Origin: Amphiscolops sp. MND2022
Lineage: Eukaryota
Direction: 5' to 3'
Assembly: GCA_964187785.1 (NCBI GenBank)
Contig: OZ076409.1
Coordinates: 78,680,001-78,744,000 of the forward strand
Length of the DNA: 64,000 nucleotides
The first letter of the stretch is position 1, and every line of letters begins with the position of its first letter. Both the position numbers and the translations under genes were made by a program. Below are positions 1 to 10,322 of the stretch, in pieces. Under the pieces are notes generated by a model that worked only from the letters and a program-made list of their open reading frames with translations, was not told the origin of the DNA and did not search any database.

Positions 1-1183
1 AACTGTATTTACTGTTTCAGACTTTTAAGCTATGTAATAATTAAACGACAGCGTTTCCAGAAAACGTGTTGGCTTAAAAACTTACAGGTCAGAGTCGTAG
101 GTACAGGATGTGTGTTGGTATTTTCCGTTGTTAATAGTGGTTTGCGAGATAATGCGTGATATTTTTTTAAATACGATACCAAACACTTCTTTGATTCCAA
201 AACAAAAAACACTTCTGTAAATAATCGAAAATCCAAAGGTTTTTGCTCATGAGTTTTTGTCAAATGAAAATATAAAATCTTAGTGTGCTTTCAAATATTT
301 CGCTGGTAAGTTTGAGTGTTTTAGTTTTTCGCTACCCTTGTCTTCTCAATTAAACTAACCAAGAGAACAAGTTAGCAATTAAAATGGTTTCGTTCATAGA
401 ATGGAACAATGAATTCACAAGGGTTAATAATGTTGGTTGCCGCCAATGAGTGTTAGAATGCCAGAATCATATGGGCTACATATTCAGAGCCTGTACAGAT
501 CACTGGTACTTTCTTCGATTTTTCGATCTTTTTTTCGACGTTCCTGCTAGGTATTCTGATCTTACTAGTATCAAGAAAATAGCCATGTAATCCATTGCTG
601 GCTATGGACACCATCTCATGAAACGCCATGAAAAGCTAAGGTTATCTAATCGAACTTTGAATTGAACTTAATTGGTGATTTTGGCAACCCGTGAATGATA
701 TGATTATGTACAGATCGAATATTTATGTCCTCACCATCTGTGACGTATTTCAATATACGTATTTCAAGTCGTCGGCTTTTGTTAAGCACTAATCATTTTG
801 AAAACGTGACGTGATAGCGTTTGAAGACATTGGCGAAATAGATACGCATGTTGGGTTGTGAAAACAAAACCATTACGCAATTGTTTTGAAAACATTAAAC
901 TTGTCATTGTGAAATTATTTAGGAGGCCGTTGCTTATGAGAATTGCTGGCGTGCAATTAGGAAAGGTAAACCGGAATAACAGAACATTTGTGGGGCACTT
1001 TGCGGATATGTACAAGAAAATAATCTTATCTGAAGGTAGAAGAGACTCCCAGCGAAGGCGGATCTGATTTAATAACACAAGCACGCATGAACAGTTTAGG
1101 AGCGTTTGAAGCTCAAGTCAGAAGATCTCGGATTAGGAAACGTTAGATAAACATGAAAAACTCGGGATTGTTTCACATGCACC

Positions 1184-3302
1184 TGTTACGACTATTTATC
1201 GGGGTGATTTTTCGATTAGTCGCAGTGGTTTTATTTTTGATTGGTGTCGAAGTTATGTTTTCCGGAATATTTTCGGACTCAGAATCTGTTTCTTCAGCAG
1301 TAGCTGTGACAGTTTGTTTTTTAACAGGAGCAGCTATTAGTTTTAACATCTCCTTTTGATTTTCGGCTAAAATTTTGGTGAGATCAGACATGATTTCCTT
1401 TCTTAGTGAAGACTTGATTTCCTCTAGATTTTCAGTGGTTACTCTAGGAGATTTACTTGACCCCGCTACGGGATTTAGGTTTTGATTAACCTCAGTTATT
1501 GGGGTCTCCATTTCGGTGGAAACTAGTTCTTCAACAGCTTTTCTCTTCTGGCATCTAGTAGTCATTTTAGATAGAGCGAGAGAGAGGTTGTTCTTTGGAA
1601 AAATTTGAATTCTTCAAAGAAATATGGTTTTCGAAACGAAGTATTAACGGAGTAGTCTAGGAAACAGATTAACTTATTTTAAAAATCCCTAGGTATATAT
1701 ACTTTCACAGCATCATTTGTTCCTCACCTAAAAATTCCTAGGAATCCTTAAAATCGGTTTTGTTCAACAAAAATGCTTAATCATCGTTATTATTTCAACC
1801 CCTTTATTACTTGTTCATGATTTAAAATTCCTAGTCACGGATCCCTTACGGAGTACTTGTTGAAATCATTTTTGTTCATTAACATCATTTCCGGTTTGAT
1901 CGCGGAAAAGGCGGCAAAACAAGTGTCTAGTTGAAACTTTATCGCGGAAAGCACGCGGGCGTGAACGATGATTCACTTTACGAGCAGTAAACTTTCAACT
2001 TGCGATAAAAGAAATGACAAGCGAAATTTGTTACGGAGACATCTCGGACGAATTTTGGATTGATAAACTGTGATATTTGAGAAGGAACAAATGATGCTGG
2101 AAAAATGATGAATACGAACTAAAAAACCTGATTATTGTAAATCAGAAAACAACCAACAATATTCTATCTAACTTTACATGAATTGAGTCAGTTAATACTG
2201 ACAAATGCAACAATTAAATAGTATATTCATGAAAGCAACGTTTCTACAACGTGATTAATACACAAAGTATTCTTTTACAGAATAGGAAGAAGCACTCTTT
2301 TGTAAGGATTCACTTTTATCCTAATTAACAGCACGAACTTTTTTTTAATCGATCACTAAAACGGAGAAAATCCGGGTGGAAAAAGTAAAACCTTATGATA
2401 ATTTAAATATCTCGGGATAATTCTACATGACCTCGGGAACATCCTAATGTAATTGGATAGCTTCTGTGTTTTAGAATTTTCCACGCTTGTCTTACATGTA
2501 TTAACATTAGGTATAACTTCGTCGATTTACAATTCGCTCCGTAAGCGCTCCGTACGTATTAAGATTAGGTATAGCTTCTTCGCATTACAATTTGCTCCGT
2601 AAGCGGTCCGTACGTATTAAGATTAGGTATAGTTGAGCAGTGCTTGCTTGCGGAGACAGAGCGGACTGCGTTAACAAATTCATTCTTATTCTCTCGCTCA
2701 ATTGGCGTTGCTATGGTAACTAGGGGTGGTGAAAGACGACGCTATTGGTCCGTAAAAATAGAAACATCTACCTTTCAATCAAGCTTAGTGACGCTGCCAT
2801 TACGTTGTAAATATTCTCTTAAGTTGTTTAACTGCATTCTTAAGTGGATATTCACAACTAATCAATCATTGGAAAACAATTCCACCATTCTCTTTGTATG
2901 TTCTTTCATTTTAGATTGTATGCGTTCCGTTGGGATCACGGAATTAAATATTGTTTTAGTGTTTTCATTTTAGTGTGGAGAAAAAGAAAAATTGATCCCA
3001 GTGTTAAGGATGTTTCCTTTTTAATATTTAGATTGGCATGGAATTTTCATCAGTCAAAACCGGAAGTGATGAAACGATTGCATGTGAAATCATTAAACCG
3101 GAAGTTTTCTTTTTGTCTAAATCATTTTTGAATAATTTACGTTGCACTTCCGTTAAACTTAATTCGTGCTGCTGTTTGGATAAAAGGTAAGGCATTAAAT
3201 AGTTTACTTAATGTTGTGTAGCTCTGCCGTGTCCTTTTCCTCGCGTGAATTGCGGTATTCCTCCACAGCAAGTAAAATCCCGACCGGGAGCGGGTCGTGA
3301 CA
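1184..3302 (-). repeat. 3' LTR of Gypsy A (2119 bp)
   Basis: Matches 15045-15309 plus 24527-26380, with about 4 substitutions seen by eye and no net indel; TG...CA ends. Confidence 0.96.
2498..2632. repeat. 58-bp tandem repeat (~2.3 copies) in the U3 part of the Gypsy A LTR; also at 25576-25710
   Basis: GTATTAA(C/G)ATTAGGTATA recurs at 2498, 2556 and 2614. Confidence 0.9.
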
Positions 3303-3942
3303 GGGCGCCTCTATAGCCTGTTGACCACGGTCTGGGGCAGTGGGGAATCTCTCTGGTGATCAATACTGGTTGTTTTCGTGCTCTTGCCAGTTTTGTAGAA
3401 GTATAGCGCGTTCCCCGTCCGCACAACGGGCTGTTCTCTCGGCTGCTTTGTAGCTCTATGCCATAGGCGTTTTCGATTTCTTCTACTGCTGGCTCCATCA
3501 AGTCGTCGAGTTTGTCGGCTTTTGCAGGCGGTCCATTGTACTGAAGCTCTTTGTTAGACACGTCTCGTAATACTGGGGCGGGCTGCAGCGGCGGTAGTTG
3601 ACGGGGAGTATCCGGCTCTTCAAAGTAGCTTTCTTCAGACGTTTCAGTACTATGCCCTTCCACTATGAAAGCTTCGCCAGGGCTTGTAGTGCCGAGGTTT
3701 ATTTTTCTCGGTGAGCCGATAGTCTCAAATGTAGACGCTGAGATGCCGGATAAATTTAGACTATTGATAGAGTCCATCATTTCTTCTGCACTGCCTTTTG
3801 TAGCTTCTAAGGAGGCTTCAGAAAGATCCAGTGTTGTTATCACATTAAGCGGGAGTATTTTGATCGGGGTGCTCTGTCTTACGTTGCTACCCCGTTCTTC
3901 TTCATCAGAAGAGATATCAATTACAAGTTCGTAATTGCTCAT
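3208..3942 (-). CDS. Gypsy A sense-strand accessory ORF (244 aa; acidic, Ser/Pro-rich; N-terminal SIM-like VIDISSDEEE) running into the 3' LTR
   Basis: ATG-initiated 244-aa ORF inside the element; crosses the LTR boundary at 3302. Confidence 0.7.
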   Translation of the reverse strand: MSNYELVIDISSDEEERGSNVRQSTPIKILPLNVITTLDLSEASLEATKGSAEEMMDSINSLNLSGISASTFETIGSPRKINLGTTSPGEAFIVEGHSTETSEESYFEEPDTPRQLPPLQPAPVLRDVSNKELQYNGPPAKADKLDDLMEPAVEEIENAYGIELQSSRENSPLCGRGTRYTSTKLARARKQPVLITREIPHCPRPWSTGYRGALSRPAPGRDFTCCGGIPQFTRGKGHGRATQH

Positions 3943-4446
3943 TTTTGAATTCTGAAGATTTCAACTAACTTAACTTCACGTTTGGGATGCGGCAAATGTA
4001 GAGGTCAACTCTCTTTTCGTTCGTGTTTTTCCTGCATTCCTATTGGTTGTTATTTTCTTTTGTTCAAGTTCGTTTTCCTTCGGAAGCGTTTCGTTTCCAA
4101 CTGCGCTGTGATTGGCTGAACCGCGGAATAAGTTTCCAATTTTGAGCTACGTCATGACGTCATTCGTTTCTTTTAGGAAGAATAACGTCTAATCTTTCGT
4201 AAATTTTAATTTGTTAAGCCTTTTCTTCAGAACTTCCTGGTGAATTTTGATTCTTCAGTAGCATTTTTCGTGGGAACGTTTTGTCCTGACGGTGCCGCAA
4301 TGGGCTTTTACTGAAGTTAAAATATGTACATTTCTTTAGTCACACAGGGATGGTGTTGTTGTTTTTTCTTTTCCAAAATTTTACGGGAGCACTACGTAGT
4401 TTTCCTCCTTTTCTTTTCTTTGATTATTTGTTTTCTTCTTTTTCAG
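3943..4446. promoter_or_regulatory. Putative bidirectional promoter between the two divergent accessory genes
   Basis: CCAAT/ATTGG boxes near 4042, 4110 and 4136; overlapping CRE-like TACGTCATGACGTCA at 4148-4162; lies between two divergent starts. Confidence 0.45.
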
Positions 4447-4479
4447 ATTCTCTTGAAGACTTCTGTAATCTTCCGAGTT

Positions 4480-7400
4480 ATGGACGACGCTGTTGTTCCT
4501 TCATCTGGTGCAGTCGCTGGTACTGTGAGTGGAAATGAGACAAATTTCTGCTATACCGATGATGATGTGGTTTTCTCAGATGTAGATGCTGCTATTACTT
4601 CTTCAGGTTGGTAAAATCTTTCTGACTTTCATGGGTATTTTGACTATTCTTTTGGTGATCAGCCTTTTGTAGTCTTTACCCGTAACCCTGACGCGTCAAA
4701 CCAGATCTTGATTTTCAGTAGCTCAACCTGGCATCCCGGCAGTGACTGTTTCCGTGCCTGCTACGGGAGTATCTTCCACTGTTGCTAATGTTTTGCCATC
4801 GGTTTCAACTATTCTGCCGCCCAAGTCTACTTGCAGCGTCAACGATGCGTTGACCAGTGTATTGTGTGCTTCCGGGGTTGTCGCTTCTTGCTCTGAGGTT
4901 TCTCCTCAAGTTGCCAATACTCTTCCCTAGTCTAGTAGTCCTGTTACTCGCCTTGTTGTCGCTACTAGCAGCGATAGTGAGTCTCAAGGAGTTGAGACAG
5001 ATCCCCCCAGCAAGAGGAAAACGGGTTGGTGAGGTTTGCTTTTGGCGTCATGTTTACGTCATGTAAGTGATAGCACCAGAGTATATTTGATATTATAGTT
5101 CTGCGCGGAGATGATTCGGCCGACGCTTCTGCTGGTGACGTTACGCCTTCAAAACGTGGGAAGAAGGTTGTGTTATTGCCACCGTCTCCTCCACCATTGA
5201 TGAATGCTGCTGGTAATTGGCTTAGTTAGTGTGTTGTTTTTCGCATTTGTTGTTTGGTTTGCCTCTATGGTGCTGGAAGAAGGAAGAAAAAAAAGGGGAT
5301 AGTTTGTCGTATTTTGTCAGGAACTTTTCGGGTGGGGTGATATTCTCTCTAAGTTGTCATTAAACATCCGTTGTTGTTTCAGGTAACGATGAGGAGCAGC
5401 TGTATCGCTCTGGTGGGGTGATGTTAAGTCCTCAGGACGTGGTTCGCCTTGGTCAACGATTAGTGGAAGAAGTGAAGGAGGGTACCAGTTTGGCTATCCA
5501 GAATGGTTAGTATTTTTGGTTTTCGGTTGAACGGTGTGTGTTCGGTTGCTACGTTGTTGCGGGCAGTTGTGTGGTTCGGAGTTTGGGTTTCATCTGTGCG
5601 TCTATTTTTGTATTTTGTTTTACAGAGTTGCAGGAGTTCAGCGGAAGGGTCGAGAAAAAATTGACGAAGAAAGTGGTGAAGACGTATGGTAGCCGCAACA
5701 TACTTCATCGTCGGATGTTGAGTCGTCATCCTGCCTTCCCTGACTTTGTGACGGGCTCCAAAAAGGGTGTGGGAACCCACTTCAATTGTCGAGTCTGTCA
5801 ACGTGATGTAGCCATGAGGTCCCAGTGCGTTGGCGAGTTTAGGAGGCATTTCCAATCAGATGCTCATTGGTTCAAGGACGTAACTTATCGCGTCCACATG
5901 GGGTTGCAGGTTTTGAACCGATTGATGGAACCAATGGAATTGTCAGAGAGACAGCTGGCGGATTATAAGTCACGGCCCTTTTGTGACCTGGGTGAAGAGT
6001 ACCCATTTCCGGAAGACTTGGTTCCCAAACACTCTAAGCCTGACTCAAATGTGCCCTTCATGACCTTGGTTTCCTGCTTTTGCGAGTTTCTTCGTAATGG
6101 TGGCGACTTCGACTATCTGCGTCGTCTGTGGGGCCATTTTTGTGCGACTTTGGGCGAACGGGAGCCGTGTTTTCCTTTGCGTTGGAGCCGTTCGGAGACT
6201 GTGGTTAGTCTGTTGTTTTTCCCTCTTTTTCTCTTCTTTTTCGTTTCTTTCCTTCTTTTTATGCCAGTTTAATTCCGTAGTTTGTTCGTGTGGGGGAGGG
6301 ATGATGATTTCCAGTAATTTGGGAGTGAGGTCTGTTGTACGTATTTTAGTCGTTTCTCTGTCAAGGGCTGGCCCCTCGGGTTCTTCGGCTGATGATTAGC
6401 GACATCAAGGCCTTTAAGGAGTATGGGGTGCAATTTGAGAAGTCTGGTCATGTCGAACGGTGCTATGTTCTGTGCTGGGACGGGCTTGTTTTGAAAAAGA
6501 TTTGTGTGGGCAATGAGACTCTCGACCAAAGGATGCCTGCCCCCGAATTGCTTCCGTTGGCTCGAGTTGTGAACTGCTTGGAGGGGCAACAGATGCCTGT
6601 ATCTATTTGTGGTGCCAGTCCTTCGCTGTTTCGGGTGCTGGACGCAGGGAGAACTGATGATCGTCGCTTTGTGTCTTGGCAATCCTTTGATGAAGAGGTG
6701 TTTTTGCAGTGCTTTCGCCAAGCTCACCAGGATATTTTCGGAATGATTGAGATAACAACAGCAGTGGAGTATATAATCCATCGGTTGAAAGGGGCTCTGT
6801 ATGAAGACTGGAGCGAGGACAAGCCTCTTCTGCGTGCAACCATACGTGCGGGTTCCGTGGCCTTTTGCGACTTGCGGGAGATCTTAAGTGATCTGATTGA
6901 GCTGTGGCCTTCCATACGTCCCTTCATTCGGTACACGGGACATCCGCATTTCAAGAGTACTGTTGATCGGGTGAGTGCTGTTATATTGTAATTTTCTTGG
7001 TTGTTTTTCCGTTCAATCTTCGTGTTTCCGTGTTTTTTTTTGTCAGTTATAGTTGCTTGTCTTCCTCTTTTTGCTATTTGATATTGATGGTGTATTATTT
7101 ATTTCAGTTGCGTGGTACGGACTTCGAGTTGGTCTCCGACAGTCTCATTGTGCATCGCTTTGGCTTCCTTCGGCTGCTGTTGGATTCCTGTAAGTACGAA
7201 GACGTTTCGTTAGGAGTATGATCTTTCAATTGGCTGTTGTCTTTTGTTGATTGGCTTTCTTTATTGTGTTGGTGCTATTGCGTTCAATTTCTGTTGATTG
7301 CTGTGTCCTGGAGGCAAGATGTGTGTTTGTTGACGAGCGTGTTTTGTTTTAGATTACTTCAACTTTGAGAAGCTTCGTCAAGGCCGTAAAGATTACGCCT

Positions 7401-8614
7401 TCCATGGTTACGGCGAGGTCTGTAACTTCGTTTATTGCCTCCTGATGCGGACTCGCAAGTTGTCCAGTTTGCCTGGGATACATGAGTGGGAGAGTTATAT
7501 GGATGTTTCGAAACTCTCTAGATTCGATGAGATTTCTATGAGCGAATTCTTAATGGATAGTGAGTTTGGGCGAGGGTTGTCTGCAATCAAGACGGGCGAC
7601 GTGCAAGATTTTCGGGTGAAGTGTCGTGAATGTATCGATCGTGTTGTCTCACTAATTGTGTCAAGCACTGCTGTTACTTCTGGTATTTCTCGCGGACTCT
7701 ACAGCTTCTGTCCCGAAATTATGTTGGAGGGCGATGATCTTCACATATTCGAATTGTTTGGTTCCCTCTGTGATTTGTTGAGATCTTGTCGCGTTATGAC
7801 ACCGGACGATTTGAATGCTGCTTCTGCTGAGTTTAAAAGTTATGTCATTGAGAAACGACGACATCACGAGGATGCTACGTGTGCTGCGAGTGACATTGAT
7901 GATGTCATTAGTTTCCTGTTGCGGGATTTTGCATTTCAGTCCCGAGTCCACGTATTTCGGCTATTCAAGTTATGTTGCCTTTTCGTTGGATTGCCGAAGA
8001 GTGACCCTCCTGCTGTGACGATAGATTTGGGTGGTAGCGCGCTGAAGTCGTCTGTTCTGCAAGAGTGCATTTTGATGGTGCAATCCCATATTATCGGGCC
8101 TAGTTTTAATGCTCGGTTATTCTTTTCTGGTTCACTCCTGTCCGCTATCCGTGATGCCCTTCTGAATGCTGGCGACTTCTTCAGGGTTACTGACTTTGAC
8201 GTGTGGAGGGATTTCTGCGTGGACGATATGGATGCGTTCATTAAACATTATGAATCGCTGTATTGTCGTCATGTCTTGGAGCGACGGAAGGAGTGCGAGG
8301 CATTTTATGTGGAGTCGAACAAAGCGAATCGAAGTGCTCGCGAAAGACAGTGTTCCAGTTCAACTGAGGTTGGAAGTGTGGCGAGTTCTGCTGCTAGTTC
8401 AAGGAAGTCGACCAATAAGCCATTGGTTACAAAATTTTTGAAGGCGGATGTGCCCGTTGTTCGTCCGGCTGTTAAAGGTAGCGATAAAGGGAGTGGAGCA
8501 GCTTCATCAAAACAGAGCGGGGCTAGTGGTTCAAAGGGGTCTAAGAAGAACAAAAAAGGTGATATCTATGATCCAGACGTCGTTCACAAACTGAGAAAGC
8601 CATCAAACAGATAG
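4480..8614 (+). CDS. Antisense multi-exon accessory gene of Gypsy A (~1070 aa): zinc finger plus degenerate hAT-transposase-like body; one in-frame TAG at 4928-4930 in this copy
   Basis: Coding exons 4480-4606, 4719-5024, 5099-5212, 5383-5505, 5626-6203, 6350-6970, 7108-7189, 7353-8614. All 7 introns are GT..AG with T-rich acceptors and matching phases; total 3213 nt = 1071 codons. Zinc-finger motif CRVC...HFQSDAH. Confidence 0.85.
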
Positions 8615-8807
8615 TGCTATGATAGCGTTGATTTGATGTTGAGTTGTTTCTTGATGCTTTATTTATTTATTTGGCTCTGCCTTGTGTGATGCTTTGATTT
8701 ATTCTTTCGGGGCACCTTGGTTGTCCAATTGTCTTGCGTAGCTTAGTTATGAGTTGAAAATTTACCGTTGCCACTCCGGTTCGGTTTGGTTCATCGATTG
8801 TTTTTAT

Positions 8808-10322
8808 TTAGTTTTGAATTTGGGAGCTGTCTTCCGTAGTGATAGCGTCGAGCATCCGAAAATCAGGATGTGCATTAGGTCTAGGATTAGGTCGTAGGTT
8901 ATATCTTCCCGTTTTTCTAGGATTGTATCCGACAACTATAGGCGGCAATGTAGGCGGTATTGGGGGACTTTCTGTAGGCGGCGGGGTCATTATGAAAGGG
9001 TTATCACTGACGTCTAAGTTGAATGACGTGTTGTCTCCGGAAGATGTTTTATCCATCATTGTATTCTCATCTGCAGTTGTTGTAACTGTTTCATGGTCCG
9101 TTGTATCTCCGTCTTCAGTTTGTACTTCCGTGATAGTAGCTTCTTCATTGTCGTTTTCCGTTGGGGTTCCGAACAGAACTTCTCCGAATTCGGTCTCCCA
9201 AGCTTGCGCGTACCAATCATCATGGGTTGTTTTAACCTCAGGATCTGGAAGCTGATCTTCCACTTTGACTGTGACGTCAGGTACTCGTTGATTGGGCGCA
9301 TATAGCCTTAGGCGAATTCTATGGAGGGTTTGAGTGTATCTTGTTCCTGTTCGTCTTACGACGTAGTTGTTATTGGAAAGGACTTTGACCACTATATATG
9401 GTCCTGTCCAAATGCAATCTTTGAAAGCGAACTTCATTGACTGGTTATCAGCCTTCGGATTCAGGACATAGCAATAGTCATTGACTTTCAATGGCGTTGC
9501 TGTCGCTTTTTTATCGTAGTATCGCTTATATTTCAAATATGATTGCATAAGGTTGTCCTTGGCTGATTGATGTATCTCAGCTATTTGTTTCTGTAGTTCA
9601 TCCGTTAGGTCTTCGTTGGCATCTTTTTTCCATTCTGGCTTGAGTCCTAGTTTGATGTCTAGGATGTTGTACGGGATGCGTCCGTGAAATACGGTTGTTG
9701 GTTCGCATCCTAGGCTTTCGTGGTAACTAGTGTTGTAGTTCATTACTGCAATTTGTACGTATTTGTGCCACATTGAACGGCGTTCTCCCGTTGATATCTT
9801 GAGGGAAGTCTTTAGAGATGCATGCGTTCTTTCGAGTATGCCGATTGTTTGTGCATGCTTTGTTGACGCGTGACTAATCCGTATGTCCAGTGTTTGTGCT
9901 ATTTGGTTCACGACATCTGATCGGAATTGTGATCCTTTATCAGTCAGAATCACTGTAGGCAGATAACAGTGACGTGTCATAACGTCGATTATGCATCGTC
10001 CTACTGTTGTGGCAGTCATGTCTTGAGTGGGGTATGCGAACAAATAACGGGAGAAAACGTCCATCATGGTTATGATGTGTTTGTAGCCGTTTGATGAGGG
10101 TAGATTGGGTAGAATATCGACTTCTAGACAGTCTTCTGGTCCGAATGTGAATTCTCTATTACTCAGCATTTTAGGACGTATTTGGCGCGTGTCGATTCGT
10201 TTGTTGGATATGCAATCTGGGCAGTTGATTACCCAGGCTCTAATTTTCCGTGCAAGTCCCGGATAGTAATACTTTGCTCGGCTTTCCTGAATCATTTTGG
10301 TTATTCCTGGGTGTTTGTTCAT
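8808..10322 (-). CDS. pol: Gypsy A integrase (C-terminal part of pol, separated by a frameshift)
   Basis: HPG...CPDC zinc finger, rve core (EVDIL, LTDKGSQF, GILER) and GPY/F motif WTGPY. Confidence 0.95.
   Translation of the reverse strand: MNKHPGITKMIQESRAKYYYPGLARKIRAWVINCPDCISNKRIDTRQIRPKMLSNREFTFGPEDCLEVDILPNLPSSNGYKHIITMMDVFSRYLFAYPTQDMTATTVGRCIIDVMTRHCYLPTVILTDKGSQFRSDVVNQIAQTLDIRISHASTKHAQTIGILERTHASLKTSLKISTGERRSMWHKYVQIAVMNYNTSYHESLGCEPTTVFHGRIPYNILDIKLGLKPEWKKDANEDLTDELQKQIAEIHQSAKDNLMQSYLKYKRYYDKKATATPLKVNDYCYVLNPKADNQSMKFAFKDCIWTGPYIVVKVLSNNNYVVRRTGTRYTQTLHRIRLRLYAPNQRVPDVTVKVEDQLPDPEVKTTHDDWYAQAWETEFGEVLFGTPTENDNEEATITEVQTEDGDTTDHETVTTTADENTMMDKTSSGDNTSFNLDVSDNPFIMTPPPTESPPIPPTLPPIVVGYNPRKTGRYNLRPNPRPNAHPDFRMLDAITTEDSSQIQN

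Noticed and set aside
2512..2530. loxP-like ATAACTTCGT
   Set aside because: Only a partial half-site with no inverted partner; it is part of the 58-bp repeat.
2498..2632. CRISPR-like array
   Set aside because: Contiguous tandem units without unique spacers, in a eukaryotic LTR, with no cas genes.
2644..3131. Plus-strand ORFs within the Gypsy A LTR
   Set aside because: Short, no recognisable motifs; repeated only because the LTR is duplicated.
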